Below, piece by piece: positions 19,591 through 33,861 of a stretch of DNA of 64,000 nucleotides. Each line of letters opens with the position of its first letter. Within the stretch, counting starts at the first letter, position 1. The stretch is taken from assembly GCF_056712565.1 (NCBI RefSeq), contig NZ_CM160072.1; one strand, 5' to 3'. Under the pieces are notes generated by a model. That model was given only the letters and a program-made list of their open reading frames with translations, had not been told where the DNA came from and did not search any database. A program made the translations under genes and the position numbers.

Positions 19591-21357
19591 TTAAATCTCC
19601 TCCTGACGATGGGCCAGTAATGTGGCGAATGGGCCGCCAGCCACACTTAATTCCGCGTAACGTCCTTGCTCAATAATCTGACCATCCTGCATTACCCAAA
19701 TGACATCCCAGTCAGCAAGATCTTCTAACTGGTGGGTGACCATTAACGTTGTCTGGCGCAGAGAGGCGGTATTCAGCGCCTCCATTACGCGCTGTTCACT
19801 GTGAGCATCAAGGCTGGCAGCGGGTTCATCCAACAGTAATAGCGAACAGGGATTTAGTAACGCACGGGCCACCGCCACGCGCTGCGCCTGCCCCACGGAA
19901 AGGCGGGCAGCCTGGTCACCAACAGGCGTATCAATGCCTTGCGGCAGGAGCGGTAGAAACTCACTGACCCAGGCGTTATCCAGCGCTGTTTGTAACTCTT
20001 GTTCGCTGGCATCAGGTCGCGCCAGTAGTACGTTATCCCGTAATGTTGCTGCCGGTAATTGTGGGTTTTGCCCAACCCAGGAGAGATGTTTACGCCATGA
20101 TTCCGGTGATAAATCGCGTAATTCTATCCCGTTGATTCGTAGCGATCCCTGATATGAGAGAAAACCAGAAAGCGCGTTCAACAGTGAACTTTTACCTGAA
20201 CCGCTGCGACCAACCAACACTGCTCGTTGGCCTGCTGGCAAAGTAAAATTCAGCGGTCCGGCCAGCGTTTTACCTTCCGGCGACGTGATAAACAGATCCT
20301 CGGCTTCAATGGTCACCGGATCGGTCGATGCTAATTCCGCCTCACCGCGCTGCGGATGGGCGAGCGGGGTTTCCATAAACGTTTTCAAACTGTCAGCTGC
20401 ACCAACAGCCTGGGCTTTAGCATGATAAAACGTACCGAGATCGCGTAATGGCTGGAAAAACTCTGGCGCAAGGATCAGGGCCAGAAAACCCGCAGCCAGC
20501 GTCACGCCAGTATCGTAGTGACCAAAATCCAGCTCGCCGAGGTAGGAAAAACCAAAGTAGACCGCCACCAGAGCAATCGACAGCGAGGTAAAAAATTCGA
20601 GAATGCCGGAGGATAAAAACGCCAGCCGTAGCACTTCCATTGTCCGTTGGCGGAAATCTTCCGAAGCAGAACGAATACTTTCAATTTCAGCTTCACCACG
20701 ACCAAAAATACGCAATGTTTCCATGCCGCGCAGGCGATCGAGGAAATGCCCACTTAAGCGAGCAAGAGCGAGAAAGTTACGTCGGTTAGCATCGGCAGCC
20801 CCCATTCCAACCAGCGCCATAAATAACGGAATTAGCGGTGCAGTGCCCAGCAGAATGAGCGCCGCGGCCCAGTTAGAGGGGAAGATAGCCACCACAATCA
20901 GCAGCGGCACCGACACTGCCAGCGCCATTTGCGGCAGGTAGCGTGCATAGTAATCATGCATATCGTCAATTTGCTCGAGTACCAGCGTCGCCCAGCTCCC
21001 CGCTGGTTTACCCTGAATCCACGCTGGCCCTGCTTGTTGCAGACGGTCGAGAACCTGACGGCGGATGGCAAAGCGGATATGCTGCCCGGCGTGATAACCC
21101 ACCCGTTCGCGTAACCAGACCACCCATGCGCGCAGTACAAAGGTCAGAAACAGTAACGTAAAGGGAAGCAGCAGGGCTTCACGGGGAATATTCTCCATAA
21201 TCATATGTTGCAGAATTCGCGCCATGAACCAGGCCTGGGAAATGATCAATATGCCGCTCACAAAGCCCAGCAGACGAGAAATATTCAGCCAACGTTGGGA
21301 GATGACGCTTTGCTGTTTTAACCAGCGGGTTAATTCTTTTTGACGGGATTTATTCAT
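19591..21357 (-). CDS. cydD: cysteine/glutathione ABC exporter subunit CydD
   Basis: 588-aa [12 protein letters not shown] Walker A; abuts cydC. Confidence 0.9.
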   Translation of the reverse strand: MNKSRQKELTRWLKQQSVISQRWLNISRLLGFVSGILIISQAWFMARILQHMIMENIPREALLLPFTLLFLTFVLRAWVVWLRERVGYHAGQHIRFAIRRQVLDRLQQAGPAWIQGKPAGSWATLVLEQIDDMHDYYARYLPQMALAVSVPLLIVVAIFPSNWAAALILLGTAPLIPLFMALVGMGAADANRRNFLALARLSGHFLDRLRGMETLRIFGRGEAEIESIRSASEDFRQRTMEVLRLAFLSSGILEFFTSLSIALVAVYFGFSYLGELDFGHYDTGVTLAAGFLALILAPEFFQPLRDLGTFYHAKAQAVGAADSLKTFMETPLAHPQRGEAELASTDPVTIEAEDLFITSPEGKTLAGPLNFTLPAGQRAVLVGRSGSGKSSLLNALSGFLSYQGSLRINGIELRDLSPESWRKHLSWVGQNPQLPAATLRDNVLLARPDASEQELQTALDNAWVSEFLPLLPQGIDTPVGDQAARLSVGQAQRVAVARALLNPCSLLLLDEPAASLDAHSEQRVMEALNTASLRQTTLMVTHQLEDLADWDVIWVMQDGQIIEQGRYAELSVAGGPFATLLAHRQEEI

Positions 21358-21413
21358 TGCACGCTTAGCAGGTGAGTTATCAGAATTATTTGCAGAGCAA
21401 TGTTACAACGGGG

Positions 21414-21450
21414 AAAAAATAAAGGCGACCCATAGTCGCATGGTGTCGCC
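21414..21450 (-). terminator. probable trxB rho-independent terminator
   Basis: GGCGAC...GTCGCC hairpin with inner CCAT/ATGG pairing, followed by a U-run on the minus strand. Confidence 0.5.
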
Positions 21451-21479
21451 TTCTTTACTTTTGTTACTGATTTGTAAAA

Positions 21480-22574
<1,095 letters not shown>

Positions 22575-22988
22575 TCATTATCACCTCTGCTACTTAAATT
22601 TCCCGCTTTATAAGCCGATTAAATGATGAATAAACGCCCCTGTTAATGAATATCTGGCATGTTGTACTAAAAATCGATGTTTTGCTTTGACAATCCCCTG
22701 GTGTTTTGCGAAAACATTCGAGGAAGAAAAAAAACAGTATTCTTATATGCGCATAACCATGCATGTAAATACCATGTTTACCGTGCTAGTGAAATCTACG
22801 TATGGCGTGGACAGACGCCATTCGTGATGTCGATAGCTGCCACAAGGCAACGGTCTTCTCACCGTAGACCCAGGCATTGCGCGCCGTGAATCTTCATGAT
22901 TTCGGTCTATCGTGACGGGTAGCGACTCTGAACAGTGATGTTTCAGGGTCAGACAGGAGTAGGGAAGGAATACAGAGAGACAATAATA

Positions 22989-23483
22989 ATGGTAGATAGC
23001 AAGAAGCGCCCTGGCAAAGATCTCGACCGTATCGATCGTAACATTCTTAATGAGTTGCAAAAGGATGGGCGTATTTCTAACGTCGAGCTTTCTAAACGTG
23101 TGGGACTTTCCCCAACGCCGTGCCTTGAGCGTGTGCGTCGGCTGGAAAGACAAGGGTTTATTCAGGGCTATACGGCGCTGCTGAACCCCCATTATCTGGA
23201 TGCATCACTTCTGGTATTCGTTGAGATTACTCTGAATCGTGGCGCACCGGATGTGTTTGAACAATTCAATACCGCTGTACAAAAACTTGAAGAAATTCAG
23301 GAGTGTCATTTAGTATCCGGTGATTTCGACTACCTGTTGAAAACACGCGTGCCGGATATGTCTGCTTACCGTAAGTTACTGGGGGAAACCCTGCTGCGTC
23401 TGCCTGGTGTCAATGACACACGGACATACGTTGTTATGGAAGAAGTCAAGCAGAGTAATCGTCTGGTTATTAAGACGCGCTAA
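22989..23483 (+). CDS. lrp: leucine-responsive regulatory protein Lrp
   Basis: 164-aa product MVDSKKRPGKDLDRIDRNILNELQKDGRIS (track ORF starts upstream at 22935). Confidence 0.93.
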   Translation: MVDSKKRPGKDLDRIDRNILNELQKDGRISNVELSKRVGLSPTPCLERVRRLERQGFIQGYTALLNPHYLDASLLVFVEITLNRGAPDVFEQFNTAVQKLEEIQECHLVSGDFDYLLKTRVPDMSAYRKLLGETLLRLPGVNDTRTYVVMEEVKQSNRLVIKTR

Positions 23484-23523
23484 CACGGAACAGGTGCAAA
23501 ATCGGCGTATTTTGATTACACTC

Positions 23524-23539
23524 CTGTTAATCCATACAG
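23524..23539. promoter_or_regulatory. putative LexA (SOS) box upstream of ftsK
   Basis: CTGT-N8-ACAG palindrome (CTGTtaatccatACAG) about 80 bp upstream of the ftsK start; ftsK is known to have an SOS-inducible promoter. Confidence 0.45.
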
Positions 23540-23617
23540 CAACAGTACTGGGGTAACCTGGTACTGTTGTCCGTTTTAGCATCGGGCAGGAAAAGCCTGT
23601 AACCTGGAGAGCCTTTC

Positions 23618-26600
23618 TTGAGCCAGGAATACACTGAAGACAAAGAAGTCACATTGACAAAGTTAAGTAGCGGCCGCCGTCTTCTGGAGGCGTTGCTGAT
23701 CCTTATTGTCCTGTTTGCCGTCTGGTTGATGGCTGCCTTACTAAGCTTTAACCCTTCGGACCCCAGCTGGTCGCAAACGGCCTGGCATGAACCTATCCAT
23801 AATTTAGGTGGGATGCCCGGTGCGTGGTTGGCAGATACGCTGTTCTTTATTTTTGGCGTGATGGCTTACACCATTCCCGTCATTATTGTCGGCGGTTGTT
23901 GGTTTGCCTGGCGTCATCAGTCCAGCGACGAATACATTGATTATTTTGCCGTTTCGCTACGCATCATTGGCGTTTTGGCGCTCATCCTTACCTCCTGTGG
24001 TCTGGCGGCAATCAACGCTGACGATATCTGGTATTTTGCCTCCGGTGGCGTCATTGGCAGCTTACTAAGCACTACGCTACAACCACTGCTACACAGTAGC
24101 GGGGGAACTATTGCGCTGCTCTGCGTTTGGGCAGCGGGCCTGACGCTGTTCACCGGTTGGTCATGGGTGACCATTGCTGAAAAACTCGGCGGCTGGATTT
24201 TAAATATTCTTACCTTCGCCAGTAATCGTACCCGTCGCGATGATACCTGGGTCGATGAAGATGAGTATGAAGACGACGAAGAGTATGAAGATGAAAATCA
24301 CGGCAAACAGCATGAATCACGCCGTGCCCGTATTCTTCGCGGCGCGCTAGCGCGTCGTAAACGGTTGGCGGAAAAATTCATTAATCCGATGGGGCGGCAA
24401 ACAGATGCTGCGCTGTTCTCCGGTAAGCGGATGGATGATGAAGAAGAGATTACCTACACTGCACGCGGTGTGGCTGCCGACCCTGACGACGTCCTGTTTT
24501 CGGGCAATCGTGCAACGCAGCCAGAATATGACGAATACGATCCATTATTAAACGGTGCGCCAATTACCGAACCTGTTGCTGTAGCAGCTGCTGCTACCAC
24601 GGCGACACAAAGCTGGGCTGCACCGGTTGAACCTGTGACTCAGACGCCGCCAGTTGCCTCTGTTGATGTTCCACCTACGCAACCTACAGTAGCCTGGCAG
24701 CCTGTACCGGGGCCGCAAACGGGAGAACCGGTTATTGCACCTGCACCGGAAGGTTACCCACAGCAGTCACAATATGCGCAGCCTGCAGTGCAATATAATG
24801 AGCCGCTGCAACAACCTGTACAGCCACAGCAGCCGTATTATGCGCCTGCGGCTGAACAGCCTGTGCAACAACCTTACTACGCTCCTGCGCCGGAACAGTC
24901 TGCGCAACAGCCGTATTACGCCCCTGCGCCAGAACAACCGGTGGCAGGTAACGCCTGGCAAGCCGAAGAGCAGCAATCCACTTTTGCTCCACAGTCTACA
25001 TACCAGACGGAGCAAACTTATCAGCAGCCAGCCGCTCAGGAGCCGTTGTACCAACAGCCGCAACCCGTTGAACAGCAGCCTGTTGTGGAGCCTGAACCCG
25101 TTGTAGAAGAGACAAAACCCACGCGTCCGCCGCTTTACTATTTTGAAGAAGTGGAAGAGAAGCGAGCCCGTGAACGTGAACAACTTGCGGCCTGGTATCA
25201 ACCGATTCCAGAACCGGTTAAAGAACCGGAACCGATCAAATCTTCGCTGAAAGCACCTTCTGTTGCAGCAGTACCTCCAGTAGAAGCCGCTGCCGCTGTT
25301 TCTCCGCTGGCATCTGGTGTGAAAAAAGCGACACTGGCGACGGGGGCTGCCGCAACCGTTGCCGCGCCAGTCTTCAGTCTGGCAAATGGCGGTGGACCGC
25401 GTCCGCAGGTCAAAGAGGGGATTGGCCCGCAGTTGCCACGACCGAAACGCATCCGCGTGCCAACTCGTCGTGAACTGGCGTCTTACGGTATTAAGCTGCC
25501 CTCACAGCGTGCGGCAGAAGAAAAAGCCCGTGAAGCCCAGCGTAATCAGTACGATTCTGGCGATCAGTACAACGATGATGAAATCGATGCGATGCAGCAG
25601 GATGAACTGGCACGTCAGTTCGCCCAGACGCAGCAGCAACGCTATGGCGAACAGTATCAACATGATGTGCCCGTGAACACAGAAGATGCAGATGCTGCGG
25701 CAGAGGCAGAACTGGCTCGTCAGTTTGCTCAAACTCAACAACAACGTTATTCCGGCGAACAACCGGCTGGGGCGAATCCGTTCTCGCTGGATGATTTTGA
25801 ATTTTCGCCAATGAAAGCGTTGCTGGATGATGGTCCACACGAACCGCTGTTTACGCCAATTGTTGAACCTGTACAGCAGCCGCAACAACCGGTAGCACCG
25901 CAGCAGCAATATCAGCAGCCGCAACAACCGGTAGCACCGCAGCAGCAATATCAGCAGCCGCAACAACCGGTTGCACCGCAGCCGCAGTATCAGCAGCCGC
26001 AATATCAGCAGCCACAACAGCCGGTTGCACAGCAGCCGCAATATCAGCAGCCACAACAACCGGTTGCACAGCAGCCGCAGTATCAGCAGCCACAACAGCC
26101 GGTTGTATCACAGCCGCAGGATACCCTGCTTCATCCGCTGTTGATGCGTAATGGCGACAGCCGTCCGTTGCATAAACCGACGACGCCACTGCCTTCTCTG
26201 GATTTGCTGACACCGCCGCCGAGCGAAGTGGAGCCGGTAGATACCTTTGCGCTTGAACAAATGGCGCGCCTGGTAGAAGCGCGTCTGGCTGATTTCCGTA
26301 TTAAAGCCGATGTTGTCAATTACTCTCCGGGGCCAGTTATCACTCGCTTTGAATTGAACCTGGCACCGGGCGTAAAAGCAGCGCGCATTTCTAACTTGTC
26401 ACGTGACCTTGCCCGTTCACTTTCGACGGTGGCGGTGCGTGTCGTTGAAGTTATTCCTGGCAAACCCTATGTAGGTCTGGAGTTACCGAATAAAAAACGA
26501 CAAACCGTTTATCTGCGCGAAGTTTTGGATAACGCCAAATTCCGCGATAATCCGTCGCCATTAACCGTGGTGCTGGGTAAAGATATCGCCGGTGAGCCGG

Positions 26601-27661
26601 TGGTTGCCGATCTGGCGAAAATGCCGCACTTGTTGGTTGCGGGGACTACCGGTTCCGGTAAGTCTGTCGGGGTGAACGCGATGATCCTGAGCATGCTTTA
26701 TAAAGCACAGCCAGAAGATGTGCGTTTCATCATGATCGACCCGAAAATGCTGGAGCTTTCGGTTTATGAAGGCATTCCGCACCTGTTAACGGAAGTTGTT
26801 ACTGATATGAAAGATGCCGCCAACGCGCTGCGCTGGTGTGTTAACGAGATGGAGCGTCGTTATAAACTGATGTCTGCGCTGGGTGTGCGTAATCTGGCGG
26901 GTTATAACGAAAAAATTGCTGAAGCCGATCGCATGATGCGTCCGATTCCAGACCCGTACTGGAAGCCGGGTGATAGTATGGATGCGCAGCATCCGGTGCT
27001 GAAAAAAGAACCATACATTGTGGTGTTGGTGGACGAATTTGCCGACCTGATGATGACGGTAGGTAAAAAAGTGGAAGAGCTGATAGCACGTCTGGCGCAA
27101 AAAGCCCGTGCCGCGGGTATCCACCTCGTACTGGCAACGCAGCGTCCATCGGTTGATGTTATTACTGGTCTGATTAAAGCGAATATTCCGACCCGTATCG
27201 CCTTTACCGTATCCAGTAAGATTGACTCACGTACCATTCTTGATCAGGCTGGTGCGGAATCACTGCTGGGTATGGGGGATATGCTCTACTCTGGGCCGAA
27301 CTCCACGTTGCCGGTACGTGTCCATGGTGCTTTTGTTCGCGATCAGGAAGTTCATGCCGTGGTGCAGGACTGGAAAGCGCGTGGTCGCCCACAGTATGTT
27401 GATGGCATCACCTCCGACAGTGAAAGCGAAGGTGGCGTGGGCGGTTTCGATGGCGCTGAAGAACTGGATCCGTTGTTCGATCAGGCGGTGCAGTTTGTCA
27501 CTGAAAAACGCAAAGCGTCAATTTCTGGCGTACAGCGTCAGTTCCGCATTGGTTATAACCGTGCAGCGCGTATTATCGAACAGATGGAAGCGCAGGGGAT
27601 TGTCAGCGAACAGGGGCACAACGGAAATCGTGAAGTGCTGGCCCCACCGCCATTTGACTAA
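23618..27661 (+). CDS. ftsK: DNA translocase FtsK (TTG start per track ORF)
   Basis: 1347-aa [25 protein letters not shown]-terminal membrane domain, PQ-rich linker, C-terminal motor with Walker A GTTGSGKS. Confidence 0.93.
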   Translation: MSQEYTEDKEVTLTKLSSGRRLLEALLILIVLFAVWLMAALLSFNPSDPSWSQTAWHEPIHNLGGMPGAWLADTLFFIFGVMAYTIPVIIVGGCWFAWRHQSSDEYIDYFAVSLRIIGVLALILTSCGLAAINADDIWYFASGGVIGSLLSTTLQPLLHSSGGTIALLCVWAAGLTLFTGWSWVTIAEKLGGWILNILTFASNRTRRDDTWVDEDEYEDDEEYEDENHGKQHESRRARILRGALARRKRLAEKFINPMGRQTDAALFSGKRMDDEEEITYTARGVAADPDDVLFSGNRATQPEYDEYDPLLNGAPITEPVAVAAAATTATQSWAAPVEPVTQTPPVASVDVPPTQPTVAWQPVPGPQTGEPVIAPAPEGYPQQSQYAQPAVQYNEPLQQPVQPQQPYYAPAAEQPVQQPYYAPAPEQSAQQPYYAPAPEQPVAGNAWQAEEQQSTFAPQSTYQTEQTYQQPAAQEPLYQQPQPVEQQPVVEPEPVVEETKPTRPPLYYFEEVEEKRAREREQLAAWYQPIPEPVKEPEPIKSSLKAPSVAAVPPVEAAAAVSPLASGVKKATLATGAAATVAAPVFSLANGGGPRPQVKEGIGPQLPRPKRIRVPTRRELASYGIKLPSQRAAEEKAREAQRNQYDSGDQYNDDEIDAMQQDELARQFAQTQQQRYGEQYQHDVPVNTEDADAAAEAELARQFAQTQQQRYSGEQPAGANPFSLDDFEFSPMKALLDDGPHEPLFTPIVEPVQQPQQPVAPQQQYQQPQQPVAPQQQYQQPQQPVAPQPQYQQPQYQQPQQPVAQQPQYQQPQQPVAQQPQYQQPQQPVVSQPQDTLLHPLLMRNGDSRPLHKPTTPLPSLDLLTPPPSEVEPVDTFALEQMARLVEARLADFRIKADVVNYSPGPVITRFELNLAPGVKAARISNLSRDLARSLSTVAVRVVEVIPGKPYVGLELPNKKRQTVYLREVLDNAKFRDNPSPLTVVLGKDIAGEPVVADLAKMPHLLVAGTTGSGKSVGVNAMILSMLYKAQPEDVRFIMIDPKMLELSVYEGIPHLLTEVVTDMKDAANALRWCVNEMERRYKLMSALGVRNLAGYNEKIAEADRMMRPIPDPYWKPGDSMDAQHPVLKKEPYIVVLVDEFADLMMTVGKKVEELIARLAQKARAAGIHLVLATQRPSVDVITGLIKANIPTRIAFTVSSKIDSRTILDQAGAESLLGMGDMLYSGPNSTLPVRVHGAFVRDQEVHAVVQDWKARGRPQYVDGITSDSESEGGVGGFDGAEELDPLFDQAVQFVTEKRKASISGVQRQFRIGYNRAARIIEQMEAQGIVSEQGHNGNREVLAPPPFD
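25874..26102 (+). repeat. in-frame tandem repeat (39-bp unit) encoding the PQ-rich FtsK linker
   Basis: unit cagcagccgcaacaaccggtagcaccgcagcagcaatat repeated identically at 25874 and 25913, then about four diverged copies ([17 protein letters not shown]). Confidence 0.85.
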
Positions 27662-27672
27662 TTAATGCAACG

Positions 27673-27709
27673 TAGGCCGGATAAGACGCGATAGCGTCGC
27701 ATCCGGTAT
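27673..27709. repeat. REP (repetitive extragenic palindromic) element between ftsK and lolA
   Basis: TAGGCCGGATAAGACGCgatagCGTCGCATCCGGTAT matches the enterobacterial REP consensus. Confidence 0.65.
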
Positions 27710-27819
27710 TCTATCAACTGAAAATTCAGTATTTTCTTCTTTCCTCAAGCTGATTATTAGCCTGGAATAGAGAGTAGAGGGAACTCCCGATTGGGAGTGA
27801 CGTAATTTGAGGAATAATG

Positions 27820-28431
27820 ATGAAAAAAATTGCCATCACCTGTGCATTACTCTCAAGTTTAGTAGCAAGCAGCGTTTGGGCTGATGCCGCAAGCGATCTG
27901 AAAAGCCGCCTGGATAAAGTCAGCAGCTTTCACGCCAGCTTCACACAAAAAGTGACTGACGGTAGCGGCGCGGCGGTGCAGGAAGGCCAGGGCGATCTGT
28001 GGGTGAAACGTCCAAACTTATTCAACTGGCATATGACTCAACCTGATGAAAGCATTTTGGTTTCTGACGGTAAAACACTGTGGTTCTATAACCCGTTCGT
28101 TGAGCAAGCTACGGCAACCTGGCTGAAAGATGCCACCGGTAATACGCCGTTTATGCTGATTGCCCGCAACCAGTCCAGCGACTGGCAGCAGTACAATATC
28201 AAACAGAATGGCGATGACTTTGTTCTGACGCCGAAAGCCAGCAATGGCAATCTGAAGCAGTTCACCATTAACGTGGGACGTGATGGCACAATCCATCAGT
28301 TTAGCGCGGTGGAGCAGGACGATCAGCGCAGCAGTTATCAGCTGAAATCCCAGCAAAATGGGGCTGTGGATGCAGCGAAATTTACCTTCACCCCGCCGCA
28401 AGGCGTCACGGTAGATGATCAACGTAAGTAG
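27820..28431 (+). CDS. lolA: outer-membrane lipoprotein carrier LolA
   Basis: [21 protein letters not shown] signal peptide then LolA core (track ORF starts one codon earlier). Confidence 0.93.
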
Positions 28432-28441
28432 AGGCACTTGA

Positions 28442-29785
28442 GTGAGCAATCTGTCGCTCGATTTTTCGGATAATACTTTTCAACCCCTGGCCGCGCGTAT
28501 GCGGCCAGAAAATTTAGCACAGTATATCGGCCAGCAACATTTGCTGGCTGTGGGGAAGCCGTTGCCGCGCGCTATCGAAGCCGGGCATCTGCATTCTATG
28601 ATCCTCTGGGGGCCGCCGGGTACCGGCAAAACAACCCTCGCTGAAGTGATTGCCCGCTATGCGAACGCTGATGTGGAACGTATTTCTGCCGTCACCTCTG
28701 GCGTGAAAGAGATTCGCGAGGCGATCGAACGCGCTCGGCAAAACCGCAATGCAGGTCGCCGCACTATTCTTTTTGTTGACGAAGTTCACCGTTTCAACAA
28801 AAGCCAGCAGGATGCATTTCTGCCACATATTGAAGACGGCACCATTACTTTTATTGGCGCAACCACTGAAAACCCGTCGTTTGAGCTTAATTCGGCACTG
28901 CTTTCCCGTGCCCGTGTCTATCTGTTGAAATCCCTGAGTACAGAGGATATTGAGCAAGTACTAACTCAGGCGATGGAAGACAAAACCCGTGGCTATGGTG
29001 GTCAGGATATTGTTCTGCCAGATGAAACACGACGCGCCATTGCTGAACTGGTGAATGGCGACGCGCGCCGGGCGTTAAATACGCTGGAAATGATGGCGGA
29101 TATGGCCGAAGTCGATGATAGCGGTAAGCGGGTCCTGAAGCCTGAATTACTGACCGAAATCGCCGGTGAACGTAGCGCCCGCTTTGATAACAAAGGCGAT
29201 CGCTTTTACGATCTGATTTCCGCATTGCATAAGTCGGTACGTGGTAGCGCACCCGATGCGGCGCTCTACTGGTATGCGCGAATTATTACCGCCGGTGGCG
29301 ATCCGTTATATGTTGCGCGTCGTTGCCTGGCAATTGCTTCCGAAGATGTCGGCAATGCCGACCCACGGGCGATGCAGGTGGCAATTGCGGCCTGGGATTG
29401 CTTTACTCGCGTTGGCCCGGCGGAAGGTGAACGCGCCATTGCTCAGGCGATTGTTTACCTGGCCTGCGCGCCAAAAAGCAACGCTGTCTACACTGCGTTT
29501 AAAGCCGCGCTGGCCGATGCTCGCGAACGTCCGGATTATGACGTGCCGGTTCATTTGCGTAATGCGCCGACGAAATTAATGAAGGAAATGGGCTACGGGC
29601 AGGAATATCGTTACGCTCATGATGAAGCAAACGCTTATGCTGCCGGTGAGGTTTACTTCCCGCCGGAAATAGCACAAACACGCTATTATTTCCCGACAAA
29701 CAGGGGCCTTGAAGGCAAGATTGGCGAAAAGCTCGCCTGGCTGGCTGAACAGGATCAAAATAGCCCCATAAAACGCTACCGTTAA
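28442..29785 (+). CDS. rarA: replication-associated recombination protein RarA (GTG start)
   Basis: 447-aa ORF; AAA+ Walker [10 protein letters not shown]; syntenic. Confidence 0.92.
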   Translation: MSNLSLDFSDNTFQPLAARMRPENLAQYIGQQHLLAVGKPLPRAIEAGHLHSMILWGPPGTGKTTLAEVIARYANADVERISAVTSGVKEIREAIERARQNRNAGRRTILFVDEVHRFNKSQQDAFLPHIEDGTITFIGATTENPSFELNSALLSRARVYLLKSLSTEDIEQVLTQAMEDKTRGYGGQDIVLPDETRRAIAELVNGDARRALNTLEMMADMAEVDDSGKRVLKPELLTEIAGERSARFDNKGDRFYDLISALHKSVRGSAPDAALYWYARIITAGGDPLYVARRCLAIASEDVGNADPRAMQVAIAAWDCFTRVGPAEGERAIAQAIVYLACAPKSNAVYTAFKAALADARERPDYDVPVHLRNAPTKLMKEMGYGQEYRYAHDEANAYAAGEVYFPPEIAQTRYYFPTNRGLEGKIGEKLAWLAEQDQNSPIKRYR

Positions 29786-29854
29786 TGTTATCGTTGCGGT
29801 AATGTTGTTAATGTATCCCTGTGGTCGCAGGCTGTGGCCACATCTCCCATTTAA

Positions 29855-31168
<1,314 letters not shown>

Positions 31169-31193
31169 TACCCAATTTTTCTGAATCTAAAAA

Positions 31194-31214
31194 GCGCCTG
31201 CGGGCGCTTTTTTT
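31194..31214 (+). terminator. serS rho-independent terminator
   Basis: GCGCC-tgcg-GGCGC hairpin followed by TTTTTTT. Confidence 0.65.
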
Positions 31215-31222
31215 GTCTCCCT

Positions 31223-31236
31223 TTGATACCGAACAA
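31223..31236. promoter_or_regulatory. putative FNR box in the dmsA promoter region
   Basis: TTGATaccgAACAA, close to the FNR consensus TTGAT-N4-ATCAA; dmsABC is a known FNR-activated anaerobic operon. Confidence 0.4.
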
Positions 31237-31406
31237 TAATTACTCCTCACTTACAAGTAATACTACTTTCGAGTGAAAATCTACCTATCTCTTTGATTTT
31301 CAAATTATTCGATGTATACAAGCCTATATAGCGATCTGCTATAGAAATAATTACACAATACGGTTTGTTACTGGAATCAATCGTGAGCAAGCTTGAGTGA
31401 GCCATT

Positions 31407-33851
31407 ATGAAAACGAAAATCCCTGATGCGGTATTGGCTGCTGAGGTGAGTCGCCGTGGTTTGGTAAAAACGACAGCGATCGGCGGCCTGGCAATGGCCA
31501 GCAGCGCATTAACATTACCTTTTAGTCGGATTGCGCACGCTGTCGATAGCGCTATTCCAACAAAATCAGACGAAAAGGTTATCTGGAGCGCCTGTACAGT
31601 TAACTGTGGTAGTCGCTGCCCGCTACGTATGCACGTAGTGGACGGTGAAATCAAATATGTCGAAACGGACAATACCGGCGATGACAATTACGACGGCCTG
31701 CACCAGGTTCGCGCCTGTCTGCGTGGGCGTTCCATGCGTCGCCGTGTCTACAATCCGGACCGCCTGAAATATCCGATGAAACGAGTCGGGGCGCGCGGTG
31801 AAGGCAAATTCGAGCGCATTAGCTGGGAAGAAGCCTACGACATCATCGCGACCAAAATGCAGCGCCTGATCAAAGAGTACGGCAACGAGTCTATCTATCT
31901 GAACTATGGCACCGGTACGCTGGGCGGCACCATGACCCGCTCGTGGCCGCCGGGAAATACCCTGGTCGCGCGGCTAATGAACTGCTGCGGCGGTTATCTG
32001 AACCATTATGGCGACTACTCCTCCGCGCAAATTGCGGAAGGTCTGAACTATACCTACGGCGGCTGGGCAGATGGTAACAGCCCGTCGGATATCGAAAACA
32101 GTAAACTGGTAGTGCTGTTTGGTAATAACCCTGGCGAAACGCGAATGAGTGGCGGTGGGGTGACTTACTATCTTGAACAGGCGCGCCAGAAATCTAATGC
32201 TCGCATGATCATCATCGATCCGCGCTATACCGACACCGGTGCCGGGCGTGAAGATGAGTGGATCCCTATTCGTCCGGGAACAGATGCCGCACTGGTTAAC
32301 GGTCTGGCGTATGTCATGATCACCGAAAACCTGGTAGATCAGGAATTCCTCGATAAATATTGCGTTGGCTACGACGAGAAAACCCTGCCAGCCAGTGCGC
32401 CGAAAAATGGTCACTATAAAGCTTATATTCTGGGTGAAGGACCCGATGGCGTGGCTAAAACACCGGAATGGGCCTCGCAAATCACCGGTGTTCCGGCAGA
32501 CAAAATCATCAAACTGGCTCGTGAAATCGGCAGTACCAAACCGGCGTTTATCAGCCAGGGATGGGGCCCGCAGCGTCATGCTAACGGTGAAATCGCAACC
32601 CGTGCTATCTCGATGCTGGCGATTCTGACCGGTAACGTTGGTATTAACGGGGGGAACAGCGGCGCGCGCGAAGGTTCATACAGCTTACCGTTTGTCCGTA
32701 TGCCGACTCTCGAAAACCCGATCCAGACCAGCATTTCTATGTTTATGTGGACCGATGCCATTGAACGTGGCCCGGAAATGACGGCGCTGCGTGATGGTGT
32801 GCGCGGGAAAGATAAGCTGGATGTGCCGATCAAAATGATCTGGAACTATGCCGGTAACTGCCTGATTAATCAGCATTCTGAAATCAACCGTACCCATGAA
32901 ATCCTTCAGGATGATAAGAAGTGCGAGCTGATTGTGGTTATCGACTGCCACATGACCTCATCGGCGAAATATGCTGACATCCTGCTGCCTGACTGCACCG
33001 CTTCCGAACAGATGGACTTTGCACTGGATGCATCCTGCGGGAATATGTCTTACGTTATTTTCAATGATCAGGTCATTAAACCGCGCTTTGAATGTAAGAC
33101 TATCTATGAGATGACCAGCGAACTGGCAAAACGTCTTGGCGTCGAACAACAGTTTACTGAAGGTCGTACTCAGGAAGAGTGGATGCGGCATCTGTATGCC
33201 CAGTCGCGGGAAGCGATTCCTGAACTGCCAACGTTTGAAGAGTTCCGTAAGCAGGGGATCTTTAAAAAGCGCGATCCGCAAGGGCATCACGTTGCTTATA
33301 AAGCTTTCCGTGAAGATCCGCAGGCAAATCCACTGACCACGCCATCGGGGAAAATTGAGATTTATTCGCAGGCGCTGGCTGACATTGCCGCTACCTGGGA
33401 ATTGCCAGAAGGTGATGTGATCGATCCACTGCCGATCTACACGCCGGGCTTTGAAAGTTATCAGGATCCGCTGAACAAACAGTATCCGCTGCAGCTTACG
33501 GGTTTCCACTATAAATCTCGCGTTCACTCAACTTACGGCAACGTTGATGTGCTGAAAGCAGCTTGCCGTCAGGAAATGTGGATCAACCCGCTTGATGCGC
33601 AAAAACGCGGTATCAACAACGGCGATAAAGTCAGGATCTTTAATGATCGTGGTGAGGTTCATATTGAGGCGAAAGTGACGCCACGAATGATGCCGGGTGT
33701 GGTCGCACTGGGTGAAGGTGCCTGGTATGACCCGGATACAAAACGTGTCGATAAGGGCGGTTGTATTAACGTACTGACCACTCAACGTCCGTCTCCTCTT
33801 GCCAAGGGGAATCCATCACATACGAACCTTGTTCAGGTTGAAAAGGTGTAA
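31407..33851 (+). CDS. dmsA: DMSO reductase catalytic subunit DmsA
   Basis: 814-aa ORF; twin-arginine signal (SRRGLVKT); molybdopterin oxidoreductase family. Confidence 0.93.
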   Translation: MKTKIPDAVLAAEVSRRGLVKTTAIGGLAMASSALTLPFSRIAHAVDSAIPTKSDEKVIWSACTVNCGSRCPLRMHVVDGEIKYVETDNTGDDNYDGLHQVRACLRGRSMRRRVYNPDRLKYPMKRVGARGEGKFERISWEEAYDIIATKMQRLIKEYGNESIYLNYGTGTLGGTMTRSWPPGNTLVARLMNCCGGYLNHYGDYSSAQIAEGLNYTYGGWADGNSPSDIENSKLVVLFGNNPGETRMSGGGVTYYLEQARQKSNARMIIIDPRYTDTGAGREDEWIPIRPGTDAALVNGLAYVMITENLVDQEFLDKYCVGYDEKTLPASAPKNGHYKAYILGEGPDGVAKTPEWASQITGVPADKIIKLAREIGSTKPAFISQGWGPQRHANGEIATRAISMLAILTGNVGINGGNSGAREGSYSLPFVRMPTLENPIQTSISMFMWTDAIERGPEMTALRDGVRGKDKLDVPIKMIWNYAGNCLINQHSEINRTHEILQDDKKCELIVVIDCHMTSSAKYADILLPDCTASEQMDFALDASCGNMSYVIFNDQVIKPRFECKTIYEMTSELAKRLGVEQQFTEGRTQEEWMRHLYAQSREAIPELPTFEEFRKQGIFKKRDPQGHHVAYKAFREDPQANPLTTPSGKIEIYSQALADIAATWELPEGDVIDPLPIYTPGFESYQDPLNKQYPLQLTGFHYKSRVHSTYGNVDVLKAACRQEMWINPLDAQKRGINNGDKVRIFNDRGEVHIEAKVTPRMMPGVVALGEGAWYDPDTKRVDKGGCINVLTTQRPSPLAKGNPSHTNLVQVEKV

Positions 33852-33861
33852 GGAGTAACCG

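Noticed and set aside
31293-31306. Second FNR-like motif TTGATtttcAAATT upstream of dmsA
   Set aside because: Only the left half-site matches the FNR consensus; the TTGATaccgAACAA site at 31223..31236 is the better candidate.
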